Shown in pieces: positions 23,948 through 34,664 of a stretch of DNA of 64,000 nucleotides. A program made the position numbers and the translations under genes. Position 1 is the first letter of the stretch. Each line of letters starts with the position of its first letter. Below the pieces are notes generated by a model that was given only the letters and a program-made list of their open reading frames with translations, was not told where the DNA came from and searched no databases. Source of the stretch: Epithemia pelagica (lineage: Eukaryota; Protista; Bacillariophyta); the NCBI GenBank assembly GCA_946965045.2, contig OX337239.1, forward strand, positions 2,232,001-2,296,000, read 5' to 3'.

Positions 23948-26614
23948 TTACTCCCATCCATATCCAAAATGATGAGGGGTCCTCATCGAAGGTGGTGAAT
24001 AATAATGGTTTGTAGTGTCTTGTCCGTCGTTTAGTCCAGGGGACCCAAATGGTGGTGCTTGGTACAAGGCTCCGTCTGGATATGGAACCGTCGGATAGTA
24101 TCCATAGTGTCCTGACGGCGCAATTCCATAACCATTGGCAACCGGATTGCTCTCCTGGTTATATGAATAATCTTGGCCTGGCCATGCATGGGAATACGAC
24201 GTGTTGGGGTGATCCAACGCCGGTGCACTACCGCCCTCCATGGCAGCGTCATGTCTAGATGGTTCTTGCGCCGTGCTTGAAAGTGGTGGTTCGTCAAGAA
24301 CTCTACTTGTATCCAGATCCTTCTGTTCATCTTGTTCCACCAAATCTTTTTTCTCTCCATTTAGTGCTGCTTCGCCAGTTCCCTTTGGCGACTTCCTGTC
24401 GACCACTTCACTGTCGTCTACTAGAGGTTGACTCGTTGTCTCTTGTACATGTGTTGGTGACGACGACAATGCCTCATTGTTATTGTCATGCTTTGTCGAA
24501 CAACGGTTGGGATCCTCGGTTTTCGTCGGCTTTTCCAGGTTACTGGCGGACGGTTCCGTGTTGCTGGACTGTTGGACAGTGTTTGGCTCCCATGGAACTG
24601 CCACGCCACGCAATGGAATTGTTCCAGAAGAACTCGTTGTTGAAGCCGTTGGCGATGAAGCATGTGGAGTCCAGACAGGCGCCGAGGTCGACAGTTTTGT
24701 CGTTTGGTGTTGTTGCTCCGCATCATGATTCTTTGTTTGCTTCCCAGCCAAGGCCGATTTGAGTGGGGCACCAGAATCTACAATACCACCATGGTTTGTC
24801 TTGACGGTTGCATCAGTTTCCCCATTCACAGGACTTGCCGGTTCCAGTTTCGTTGGGTGCTCGTCGTCATGGTCATGACTCGGCTGTTGTTGCGGTTGGA
24901 CCGTGACCGCCAAGTCTTTCTTGTTTGGCTCATCCTTCTCGTGCATTGTGCTACGGGTTTCTGTCGAGTCGTCGAAACAGTTTGGTTCCGAGAGACTGCT
25001 GTTGCTGCTGGCCGCAGAAATCTCGAGTGGTTGGACTGGATCGTGTGCCTTGTCCCCTTCTGCTTCTTCTTGAGAGTCTACGCTTGTCTCTGCCTCCACC
25101 ACTGGTAGCGTGTCTCCTTCTTCCTCATTGTGGGTTTGTCGTGGTTCCTTGTCATTGTTGTGATTGACCACAGAAGATGATGGTGTTTCCGAGGGTTCCT
25201 TGGACGACATTTCCTTCCAGGACAAGTGCGTTGAATCCAAGACTTGACCATGTTTGTTTTGAATAATCAAGGGTTTTCGTTCTCGTCGTGGAGTTGGACT
25301 GTTGTTGTTGCTGCTATTGGAACGACCACGACTCGCGGGAGGAGAGTCGTCCTGGTGCTGGTTCGGATGACTTGATGTTGTTAGTGTTGGTGTTGGTGGT
25401 GTTGTTGTTTCGTTGGTTGGTTGCCGATAGGGTGCTGGTTGTTTTGAGGGGACTGAAGAGGGTGTAACAATCCTTCGTCGTGTGTTCGTAGTAGTAGTAT
25501 TGTTACTCCATCTTGGCAGTGACCAACCACCCTCCCATCCTCCAGTATTCCAAGAATCCTCCACAAAGCCGTCGTCGTGGTGGTTGGAAGGAGGACCACC
25601 CAACGACGAATGGTGGTAGCTGTTGTAGTAGTCATTGTCGTGATAGGAGGAGGATTTGGACCAACCCCACCTCCAAGGAGGGGGTCGTCGTCGGTCCATT
25701 TCAAAGGAGGAGGAGGACATGGCTGAATGTGCCTTGTCTTGTGATAGTTCGTGTGGTTCCGAAGCGTCCATGCCCGAATGAGTCGTTTGGTTGGTTGTCC
25801 TCGTTTTGGGGGTCGTCTTGTCATCGTGGTTGGGAGGAGGAGAAGGAAGGATCCAAACGAGTTTGAGACTCTTCTTGTTGTTGTGGTTGTTGCTACTGGC
25901 CGCCACCAAAGCTTGGTCCAAGTCGTGCGAATCACGAATCCAGATCCAATCTCCCTCCTCGTCTTGATACACGAGTTGAGGAACAGTCGTAGTCGCCGTC
26001 GTGCAAGGGTTTTGAGGGTTGTGGTCGTCCTTGTTCTGGACCACCAATGGGTGATGGTCATGATTCTTCGTGTCCTGTTTGTTCTTGTCGTGAAGGAGGA
26101 GTGTGGTGTGGGAGGATGGTGTTGTGAGGTTCTGCGTGGATTCTTGGTTCGGAAAGACTCCACAGAAGTGCATCAAGCGTGACAAGGAGGCCCTTGGCCG
26201 TCGGCCCGGACGACGACAACAATCAGGACTATCCGATGCATGGTGCTGGTTGTTTCTGTCGTCGCTGTCATTTGTCGTGTTCTTGTCGTCGTCATCGACG
26301 TTGTTGTTGTGAGGAGATTTGTGCGACAAAATCTCTCGTGTGGGTACCCGTTGAAAGACAACTTGCTGGTTGTAGTTCAACAGCGACCAAGAATTGTTCA
26401 ACAGCGGTTCCCCTGAAGAAGAAGAAGAACGAGGAGGAGGACCTGACGATACCAACACTTGCACCTTGAACCAGGGAGGATACGAATTCTCGGGGACAAT
26501 GGAGGACGAACTCGCACCAGGATCATTGTCGTTGTCGTCGTTCTTGGTGATGTTGTTGTTGTCAGTCGGTTGTTGACGTTGTTGGTCGTTGGAAATGGGC
26601 CGTGATGATGTCAT
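23948..26614 (-). CDS. PB1-domain protein with a PAM2-like motif, largely disordered
   Basis: OPCA motif LVYQDEEGDWIWIRDSHDLDQAL; KLSTSAPVWTP fits the PAM2 pattern xLxxxAxxF/WxP; Tyr/Pro-rich C-terminus. Confidence 0.72.
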   Translation of the reverse strand: MTSSRPISNDQQRQQPTDNNNITKNDDNDNDPGASSSSIVPENSYPPWFKVQVLVSSGPPPRSSSSSGEPLLNNSWSLLNYNQQVVFQRVPTREILSHKSPHNNNVDDDDKNTTNDSDDRNNQHHASDSPDCCRRPGRRPRASLSRLMHFCGVFPNQESTQNLTTPSSHTTLLLHDKNKQDTKNHDHHPLVVQNKDDHNPQNPCTTATTTVPQLVYQDEEGDWIWIRDSHDLDQALVAASSNNHNNKKSLKLVWILPSPPPNHDDKTTPKTRTTNQTTHSGMDASEPHELSQDKAHSAMSSSSFEMDRRRPPPWRWGWSKSSSYHDNDYYNSYHHSSLGGPPSNHHDDGFVEDSWNTGGWEGGWSLPRWSNNTTTTNTRRRIVTPSSVPSKQPAPYRQPTNETTTPPTPTLTTSSHPNQHQDDSPPASRGRSNSSNNNSPTPRRERKPLIIQNKHGQVLDSTHLSWKEMSSKEPSETPSSSVVNHNNDKEPRQTHNEEEGDTLPVVEAETSVDSQEEAEGDKAHDPVQPLEISAASSNSSLSEPNCFDDSTETRSTMHEKDEPNKKDLAVTVQPQQQPSHDHDDEHPTKLEPASPVNGETDATVKTNHGGIVDSGAPLKSALAGKQTKNHDAEQQHQTTKLSTSAPVWTPHASSPTASTTSSSGTIPLRGVAVPWEPNTVQQSSNTEPSASNLEKPTKTEDPNRCSTKHDNNNEALSSSPTHVQETTSQPLVDDSEVVDRKSPKGTGEAALNGEKKDLVEQDEQKDLDTSRVLDEPPLSSTAQEPSRHDAAMEGGSAPALDHPNTSYSHAWPGQDYSYNQESNPVANGYGIAPSGHYGYYPTVPYPDGALYQAPPFGSPGLNDGQDTTNHYYSPPSMRTPHHFGYGWE

Positions 26615-27110
26615 GATCCAAACGAATCACCCGCTCAGTGGATATGCACCAAAGGATCGGCAGAGTGACCTTGCTCGTTCTTGGTTGGTTTGAACACTTG
26701 TTGTGTATTCCATGGGTGTAGATCGCGATTGGAGACGCAGGATTTTGTGTGAAAAAAAAACAAAACCCACAAAACCGAAATCTGCATCCATCCGATTCGA
26801 TTCGTCACAGAAATCATCCGCGATCTACATAAAAGCGACCCATAGGCGGCATAGACACGAATTTGTATATGCGACCGAATCTGTGACGTGGAAAGGCGAA
26901 GAGCCGAATCGGACGGCCACGATGGGGTACGAGATTCGCTGTTGTCGTTGTGTCGTGTTGTCGTCGTTGGTTCTCCAATCTCCAACACAACAAAGAGGAA
27001 TCTTAGAGAGAAACAACATTGCAGCAACTAGCACCTCTTTGGACAGAACCAAGGATCAGCCACAAAACAACGGCAGAGTCACATCCAGTACAATCCATAC
27101 GGGTCTCAAC

Positions 27111-29723
27111 ATGACAGATTTGTTGACATTGGCAGGACAACGAGGACAATGCCATCGGCCATGTGTCTATCACTCTGGTCTACAAAAGAACCGCTTTCGT
27201 CTGGGGGTGGCGGCAACTCGGTTGCTAGTTTGGATCTTCCTCCTCCTTCTTCTCCTTGTTCCGTCAAGGGCCCAGGCCGTCCAATCGTCCAGGACCAAGG
27301 ATCAAGACAAGGACGTCACTCCATCGGTCTCCCACGTTACCAAGAATCGTACGACATTGGTCCTAACCGGCAACACTACCACGACAACATCTTCGGTCAC
27401 GTTACGAATTGTGCATATTACCGATGTCTATCATTTGGACAATTTTGCCTCCTTGGCCACCCTATTGGACACTCACAGGGCACATGCCCAAACCGTGACG
27501 CAACAGCAACAACAGTCCTCCTCCAACCATTCGAGGAGCATGCATGTGATTTCCGTCTTGACGGGTGATTTTCTCATGCCTCATTTATTGAGTATGGTGG
27601 ATGGTGGACGGGGCATGATGCGATTGATCAATGCCGTACACTTGGACTATTTGACGTGGGGCAATCACGAAAATGACTTGCCGCACCACTTGGTCTTGGA
27701 ACGTGCGGCCGAATTTCAAGGCCGAGCGTGGATCAATACCAACATGCTCGATCATGAGGCATGGCAATCGGCCAACAGCAAACAAGTGCCCTACGAAATT
27801 ATCACACTCGAGCATCCCCACACGGTTCACGATACTAATACAACGACAACAACAACAACAAGTCGTCGACACCGTCGGATTGCCTTGTTGGGTATTTTGA
27901 CCAACGATCCATCCGTGGTACCACCAGGTGCCTTTGGAGGAGCCACCGTCTTGGACCCCTGGGATACCATGCGATCATATCAACAACCACAGCACAATCC
28001 TGACAAGACTGCATCTTCCTGGAAGCAACAACACGACGTGGATTTCATCTTGCCCCTCTGTCACTTGTATCAAGCCCGGGAGGACGAATGGACCGCAGCC
28101 GAATTGGACTTTGATCTCGTCTTGGGGGGACACGATCATGATGTGGTCAATCGTACCATGAATGGAACCTTGTTTTTGAAACCCGGTGCCGATGCCGACT
28201 TTGCCACCATTGTTGATTTGACGTGGACCACCACCACCACCACCACCACGGATCCTGGGAAAACCAGCACCCATACAACAACAACGCCTCGGTTTGAGAT
28301 TGACTCGGAATTGGTCCGTGTCGCAGAGTATGCTCCCAATGCCACCATTCAAGACTTGGTGGAGCAAGCCTATTCTGTCTTGAAAACATTGCAAGAAACG
28401 CAATTGGATCGACTGCAGCTGCTGGAGCATGAGGACGACCATGCCATCAATGCCGAAACGACACGAAGCACCCACCATCATCTCCTTCCCCTGTCCTCCA
28501 AAGGAGCCCGATCGCAACCCATTACCGTGGCCAACTATATAGGCAATCTTATCCAACTTGCCCTCTTGTCGTCGTCGTCCACTGGGAGTGAATCGACCGA
28601 TTCGTCAATGACGCCAATATTGGAAACAACAGCAGCCTGTCATGCCTTTGTCGCCAAGGGTGGGAATTTTCATTGTGGTCGAACCTATTTCGAAGCCCCG
28701 AATGGCTTGACCTTGCAAGTATTGTTGGGCGAAATGAATCCTCAGGCATGGCTCTATGTCACGGCAGTCCCTGGATCCATTCTCCAACAAGCCTTGGCCG
28801 AATCGGAATCGGGGACGGGATTCTGGCAATACAATGATGCCTTGACGACGACCACAACGACGAATGCGACCACCACTACGACACGGCTCACACATGTCTT
28901 GGGAAAGCCTCTCGATCCCCATCAACTCTATTCCATTGCTACCCTGCACGACTTTTTTCGGGCACGCGATGGACCAGCCATTGGCGAGTATTTTCTCGAG
29001 CAACAACAACATCAAGAATTGGACTCGACGACCCTTGATCCGGTCCTCTTGTATCCCGATTCGACACGCCGGTATCCATTGTACGAGGTCCTCTTGACGT
29101 ATTTGGCCCACAAGTGGTGGAATGTCTTGTGGGACCATGCCGATGTCAATGGCAATGGACAATTGGAACAGGAAACCGAATTTAGCAAATATCTCGATGT
29201 CAATGACAATGGTTACTTGGACCAAGACGATTTGAAAAACGTCTTGTTGCCCTCCGTTTTGGGCTTGTCGACCCATGAAGAGGAACCAATGTTGGTCGAG
29301 TACATGTTGCAAGTGGCCGGCACGGGCAAGTTGATTGCAATTGACTCCATTGTGAACAATCACAACAACAACGGCAAGCCGCCCACGGTGGTGCGTGACA
29401 CGGTGACCAGTCCACCCGTATCCTTGGCTCAATTGAATCGGGTTCGACAAACGACGCCGCAATGGCAAACCATTGTCACGGAATTACCCATGTCCGTACC
29501 AGCCGACAACAGGAGAGTTTCGCACAGTCCCAACAGTCAAAACCACGACGAGGGAGAATCCTATTCCGCAGTGTTTCCCAATGGTGGTAATAGCTGTACT
29601 AGTACCAGGACGCATCCGGCTTGTGGTCCATCCAACTGCGATTCCAAGCAAGACAACGATGGCGAAACGAGCAACAACAACAACAACAACAATCACACCA
29701 AGGATCCCCCCCTTTTGCACTAA
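27111..29723 (+). CDS. Secreted 5'-nucleotidase-like calcineurin-type metallophosphoesterase with a C-terminal EF-hand pair
   Basis: HITDVYH, GDFL, GNHEND, CHL and GGHDHD motifs; EF loops DVNGNGQLEQE and DVNDNGYLDQDD; hydrophobic leader ending ...LLLLLVPSRAQA. The track ORF starts upstream at 26703. Confidence 0.85.
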   Translation: MTDLLTLAGQRGQCHRPCVYHSGLQKNRFRLGVAATRLLVWIFLLLLLLVPSRAQAVQSSRTKDQDKDVTPSVSHVTKNRTTLVLTGNTTTTTSSVTLRIVHITDVYHLDNFASLATLLDTHRAHAQTVTQQQQQSSSNHSRSMHVISVLTGDFLMPHLLSMVDGGRGMMRLINAVHLDYLTWGNHENDLPHHLVLERAAEFQGRAWINTNMLDHEAWQSANSKQVPYEIITLEHPHTVHDTNTTTTTTTSRRHRRIALLGILTNDPSVVPPGAFGGATVLDPWDTMRSYQQPQHNPDKTASSWKQQHDVDFILPLCHLYQAREDEWTAAELDFDLVLGGHDHDVVNRTMNGTLFLKPGADADFATIVDLTWTTTTTTTTDPGKTSTHTTTTPRFEIDSELVRVAEYAPNATIQDLVEQAYSVLKTLQETQLDRLQLLEHEDDHAINAETTRSTHHHLLPLSSKGARSQPITVANYIGNLIQLALLSSSSTGSESTDSSMTPILETTAACHAFVAKGGNFHCGRTYFEAPNGLTLQVLLGEMNPQAWLYVTAVPGSILQQALAESESGTGFWQYNDALTTTTTTNATTTTTRLTHVLGKPLDPHQLYSIATLHDFFRARDGPAIGEYFLEQQQHQELDSTTLDPVLLYPDSTRRYPLYEVLLTYLAHKWWNVLWDHADVNGNGQLEQETEFSKYLDVNDNGYLDQDDLKNVLLPSVLGLSTHEEEPMLVEYMLQVAGTGKLIAIDSIVNNHNNNGKPPTVVRDTVTSPPVSLAQLNRVRQTTPQWQTIVTELPMSVPADNRRVSHSPNSQNHDEGESYSAVFPNGGNSCTSTRTHPACGPSNCDSKQDNDGETSNNNNNNNHTKDPPLLH

Positions 29724-30474
29724 ACTACAGGGAGATGGTCGGCCCAGTGCTGGTTTTCTAGTGCATATTACCACCTCATATCCAACTGTCTTTTTCTGTA
29801 TTGTTTGGAGAGGGTCCATAGTCGCCGGCAATGGTGGTATGGCCTTTTCGCGCAAGGGTCTCTGAGGCTCGTACTAGAGATATCGAAACTGGATATCGTT
29901 GGACTCGTCCAGACTTTTTGTGCATGTGTGTGGTTACGCTCTTTTGTGACAAGGATAGATTGATTCAATAAACCAAAGTTTGGTTTCATTCATCGAGTCT
30001 ATGGTCATCCAGAGAGTGATGACGCCCTCGACATCTTCTTGTAGTGCGGCTTTGTGGTCCATGCAAGGATCATGCAGCCAGTATCCTCCACGCCAGATGA
30101 GTTGTGTCTCATAGCAACACGACGGTATCATGCCGTTCCCATTGTGCAACACACCTCCTCCTGGGCAAAACGACGGGACAAGAAAAGCGCGCGGGACATG
30201 TCCATCCGTTATATACGCGACCTAAACACGACTCATACCAAAGAGTTTTCCCCGCCCGGATTTCTCGTCGTGTTGTTGGTGTGAATTGCCATGACACGGT
30301 CTTGTCTGGTGTGTTGTTGTGGGACGAAAGAAGAAACATTCCAAACGACGACCGTGTCTTCTTCTTCTTCTTGGTTGTGTTAGGGCTGGGAGGGTGATTG
30401 GTGTGTCTTGTAGAGCGAGAGCGAGAGCGAGAAGCAATCGCAAAAATACAACTAGAAAAGGACCCAAAGACAAC

Positions 30475-33400
30475 ATGAGTACGAAAATGGAGGAGAATGT
30501 CATGGTACCACCACCACCATCGCCACCATCGCCACCATCGCCACCGCTGGTTCGTGGTACGGTTCCACAAGCATTGCGACGTGTATTGCATGAAATGGCC
30601 AGTCAGTCATGGTGGAGACGTCAAGAAAGACAACAACTAATAGAACCACCAGAACCAGCCAGCGATTCGAAACAACGCAACCAGAATAACAACAACAACA
30701 ACAAGACACCACATCCCAATCAACACCAACACCAACACCAACAAGATGAGGAGGAGGAAACCAAGAATGACAATCTGAACAGTAATGACTACGAGACCTT
30801 GTCTCTGGCAGATCCAGCCCTCTTGGTGGGTCGTGTCTTGGCCCAAAATGTCGTCATGCCGGAACCTGGATATCCACCCTATCCGGTCAGTCTCATGGAT
30901 GGATATTGTTATTCTTGTCCGTTTTCGGATGAGGACAATAGCCGCAACGACAACACCACCAATGATTTGTCGTCCAAGAGGGGTTCCAGTGCCACAACTC
31001 CCACACAGACGGACGCCGCCACCACAACCAGCAGTCCTCATTGTACCCATGGAATCACTCATGCTGTCATCGGACACGCACGTGTCGTGAATGCCACCAC
31101 GTCGAGTTCTTCTTCTTCCTCCTCTTCTTATCCAACAACGACGACAATTGCACCAGTCGTCGAGTACTGGGACGATGCCGTCTACGGTCGGCTGCCCACC
31201 GCCTTGTCGATTGTGACGGGGGCACCGCTGGTGCCACCCTACAATGCCGTGATTCCTTTGGAAGACTGTGTCTTTGTGACCCCGTCCCTCACTCCACCAC
31301 AACCAGTGGTGGAGAAGAACGAGAACGAGGAGAGACCTACCAACAAGACGGACGCAACAACAAGGACCACGACAAGGACCACTCCTTCCATCCTTTTGGG
31401 ATACCTGTCCATTCCCCACAAGTCGCAGGATTCTTGCAAACCCAATCATTTCAACCGGTGGATCCGTCCCGTGGGGAGTGATATTGCGGCACACACTCAG
31501 GTTTTGCGTCAGGGTCACATTCTCACACCTCTTTCGTTGGGCTTGTTGGCCCAATGTCGTTGGACATTCTCCATTCCAGTCCAACCACAACAACCATCCC
31601 AATCCAAGGACAAGACGGGACGAGGAGGAGGAGGACCACCACCACGGCAATCATCATCATCATCATCATCATTGCCCAGTACTCGTCGTAGGAGAACGGT
31701 GCTGCACATTGGTCTTGTTTCGACCGGCAATGAATTGGTCAATGTACAGTCGTCCCAGTGGAATGCCACGGCTTCAAACAAGGACAATGCCTCCATGAGG
31801 ATGATGACGATTCCCGATGTCAATCGCCTCGTTTTGCAAGCCTTGTTGCAGCAGCACTTTGCAGACCAGATTCAAATTCATGATTTGGGCATTGTTCGGG
31901 AAGAAGAAGACGAAGTAGAAGGTTCGAAAGAGACTGCCATGGCCAAGTGTTTGGAACAAGCCTCGACCTATTGTGACGTGATTGTGACATCGGGTGGGAT
32001 TTCCAAGGGTCGTACTGATTGTATCGCTCACTTGCTGCAACACAATGCCCAATGGAGACACAAGCACAATGTGCACATTGTACTTCAAACGCTGCACATG
32101 AAACCGGGCAAACCCACGACCGTGTTTACCTTGCCGCGGGGTGGTGGAGACAACAATAGCAACAGTCATCGTCGGTGCCTCGTCTTTGCCTTGCCGGGCA
32201 ATCCCGTGAGTGCCTGGGTGTGTGCTCAATTGTTGGTCTTGCCCAGTCTCCAACTCGTGTTCGACTTGGAGGAGGAGGACGACGACGACGACACGATCCA
32301 CAACAAGCATAATGATATCATTCAGTGGAAAGCTAGGGTGCTTCCTCAGGCTCGTGTCCACTCGGAATTGGAGGCTGTTTGGACCCATGATGTACCAATG
32401 GATCCCGAGCGACCTGAATATCATCGCGTGCGTATTTCGTGGGGCCCTCAACAACAAGTGTACCAGGCCACATCGACAGGGTTGCAACGATCGAGTCGAC
32501 TCATCAGTGTGTTGGATTCAGATGGTGTCGCCTTGGTTCCACAAGCAACAACAACCACCGTGCAACAACAAGCTGCACCACCACAAGTTATTGCTGCCGG
32601 AACCGTCTGTACTGTCTTGTTGTGGTGGAACCATTCCCTACCGACAAGGCCATGCGAAACCAGCTCTTTCACGGTTGCCACAACTGCGACGACAGTAGAA
32701 ACCTCGCGTCATTTGTCTCCATCATCCTTGGTCTACCCAAAGGAACCATCATCAAGCCATCATACAAGGCCATCTTCTTTGTCTGTGACAGTGGTGGAAC
32801 TCGTAGCAACCACCCATTCCACAGCTGCGACCCCCAATCTCGTGCAACAAGTGTCCAACTCCTTGAATCCTTCCAAGTCTGACATTTCCTCCAAACCATT
32901 TCACGTTGCGTCGCACCATGTCCTTGATCTAAATGACCTACAACCACGACAAGAAGAAGAAGAAGACACACTGAATTCTTGGCCGGCCATTGTGGACTCG
33001 ACACAAGGTTCCATGGGACACACGGATTTGCTCCTTGTGGTAACAAACGTGGAATCCTTTGGCCAGCCGCCGCCGCAGCAGCAAACCACAGACAACAACA
33101 GCAACAAGAACTCGGACAATGCCTTTTCCTTGCATTCACGATTGGCACACGAATTGGTCACTCGGGCCAGAACGACAACGACGGCCCAACACGACAAGAA
33201 GAGCAACTCGGAATCCCCTTGTAGTAGCAACCCACGGACAACCACCACCACCCGGATGGTCGTGGATCATTGGGCACCAGCCTTGGCCGACCAACTACGA
33301 CGGGGAGCTGCTACGGCGACGCACGGAACAGCCGCACTATGGGAAGTGGTCGTGGCGTCACTGCAGATAGAGGTGTCGGATGCCGACTCGTCGTTTCAGA

Positions 33401-33576
33401 AGAGGTGTTGTGTGGTGGTGTTCTTGTCCAATCAAGGATTGGAAGAGGCCTTGCGCCAGAATCATGTCCCCTTGCGACATGCCTGTGCTGTGGGACAATC
33501 ACCACATCTCGTCGAGTCGATGACACAGGTTAGAGAAGATGACGACAAAAGTGGTATCAAACAAATGAAAAAATGA
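30475..33576 (+). CDS. CNX1: Molybdopterin molybdotransferase (CNX1/gephyrin; MoeA-like E domain plus a degenerate MogA-like G domain)
   Basis: GRVLAQNV, SLMDGY, IVTGAP, IRPVGSDI, STGNELV, DVIVTSGGISKG, MKPGKPT, LPGNPVSA, RPEYHR and STGLQRSSRL motifs. Confidence 0.9.
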   Translation: MSTKMEENVMVPPPPSPPSPPSPPLVRGTVPQALRRVLHEMASQSWWRRQERQQLIEPPEPASDSKQRNQNNNNNNKTPHPNQHQHQHQQDEEEETKNDNLNSNDYETLSLADPALLVGRVLAQNVVMPEPGYPPYPVSLMDGYCYSCPFSDEDNSRNDNTTNDLSSKRGSSATTPTQTDAATTTSSPHCTHGITHAVIGHARVVNATTSSSSSSSSSYPTTTTIAPVVEYWDDAVYGRLPTALSIVTGAPLVPPYNAVIPLEDCVFVTPSLTPPQPVVEKNENEERPTNKTDATTRTTTRTTPSILLGYLSIPHKSQDSCKPNHFNRWIRPVGSDIAAHTQVLRQGHILTPLSLGLLAQCRWTFSIPVQPQQPSQSKDKTGRGGGGPPPRQSSSSSSSLPSTRRRRTVLHIGLVSTGNELVNVQSSQWNATASNKDNASMRMMTIPDVNRLVLQALLQQHFADQIQIHDLGIVREEEDEVEGSKETAMAKCLEQASTYCDVIVTSGGISKGRTDCIAHLLQHNAQWRHKHNVHIVLQTLHMKPGKPTTVFTLPRGGGDNNSNSHRRCLVFALPGNPVSAWVCAQLLVLPSLQLVFDLEEEDDDDDTIHNKHNDIIQWKARVLPQARVHSELEAVWTHDVPMDPERPEYHRVRISWGPQQQVYQATSTGLQRSSRLISVLDSDGVALVPQATTTTVQQQAAPPQVIAAGTVCTVLLWWNHSLPTRPCETSSFTVATTATTVETSRHLSPSSLVYPKEPSSSHHTRPSSLSVTVVELVATTHSTAATPNLVQQVSNSLNPSKSDISSKPFHVASHHVLDLNDLQPRQEEEEDTLNSWPAIVDSTQGSMGHTDLLLVVTNVESFGQPPPQQQTTDNNSNKNSDNAFSLHSRLAHELVTRARTTTTAQHDKKSNSESPCSSNPRTTTTTRMVVDHWAPALADQLRRGAATATHGTAALWEVVVASLQIEVSDADSSFQKRCCVVVFLSNQGLEEALRQNHVPLRHACAVGQSPHLVESMTQVREDDDKSGIKQMKK

Positions 33577-34081
33577 ATTGCTCTGGACTCGATTGGTCGT
33601 TTCAAGGACGGAGACTGCATGGAGAACGAGCCTGTCGCTTTCTCACGAACGCAAGATCAGATTTGGAGAGGACAAGAAGACGATATGCTTTGGATCCTAT
33701 TCGTCGTTACAAGAATGGATTCAAGGAGGTCCACAATGTATTCTTGGCATAGGTGGGTGACTAGGTGCTGCTGCAGTCGTATAACTACCGGAAGATCGAG
33801 AAAAGCAAATCTACGTTTGCAATATTTGCATACGATGGACACGGACCTCTGTAACTTATGATGATAGAGACGACACAAGGTAGGAGAAGTAGATAAAATC
33901 AGGTCTTCCCTAGAGAGCTATATTAGTGGACAAGAGAGAGCCACTTCGAATCCCTCTGTAGCACCTGTTGGATTTCATAGAGCACAGTTCCGTGATCCAT
34001 TCATAGAGTTTCGTTAGGGGGTTCAAATTGTTGTGTATTCTATGTAGTAGGGTTCCTCACACCACCACACAGATTACCCAT

Positions 34082-34664
34082 TTAGTCTCGATGTGTTTGT
34101 CCTACGGCCACACCCATCAGATTGCCAAAACCCAAATCTTCCAACAAATCTCGTGTATCCGCATCAATGGTAATAACATCCTGTTCCAAGGCCGATACTT
34201 CGGGCACAAAGTCCAATCGTCGCTCTCGTTCTTCTTCTTGCAATTTCAAAGAAATACCGCGGACCGGACCCTTGGCAATTCGACGCATCAAATGCGTGGT
34301 GTAACCGGCAATTTTGTTACGAATTCGCTTGGAAGGCAAAATCGCCACATCGTCCACAATTCGCTTGTTGGTGTGGAAATCCAATGTCAAACGAGTATAA
34401 TACTTTTCCACGATGGAACGTGCCGATTTCTTTACTGTTTTCGTACGGACACCCTGTTTTGCGAGGAGTTATGTTGTCGAATTATGTAGAAGACGACAGA
34501 TGGTTTTGTTTTCAATACATGATCCATTTCGTATGACAAGACGTCGAAAAGAGAGAAAGCAACGACAAAAAGAAGAATTGAAATGGCTGTGAGCCGCAAT
34601 TCTAAACAACGAAAGTCATTTTCCAACATCGCAGGGAATTAGTGAACTCATTCAAACGCACCAT
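34082..34664 (-). CDS. RPS17: 40S ribosomal protein S17 (eS17); probable ATG-only exon 34662-34664, intron 34454-34661, exon 2 34082-34453
   Basis: [31 protein letters not shown]...[12 protein letters not shown]...[18 protein letters not shown]; junctions ATG|GTGCGT...AACAG|GGT. Confidence 0.95.
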
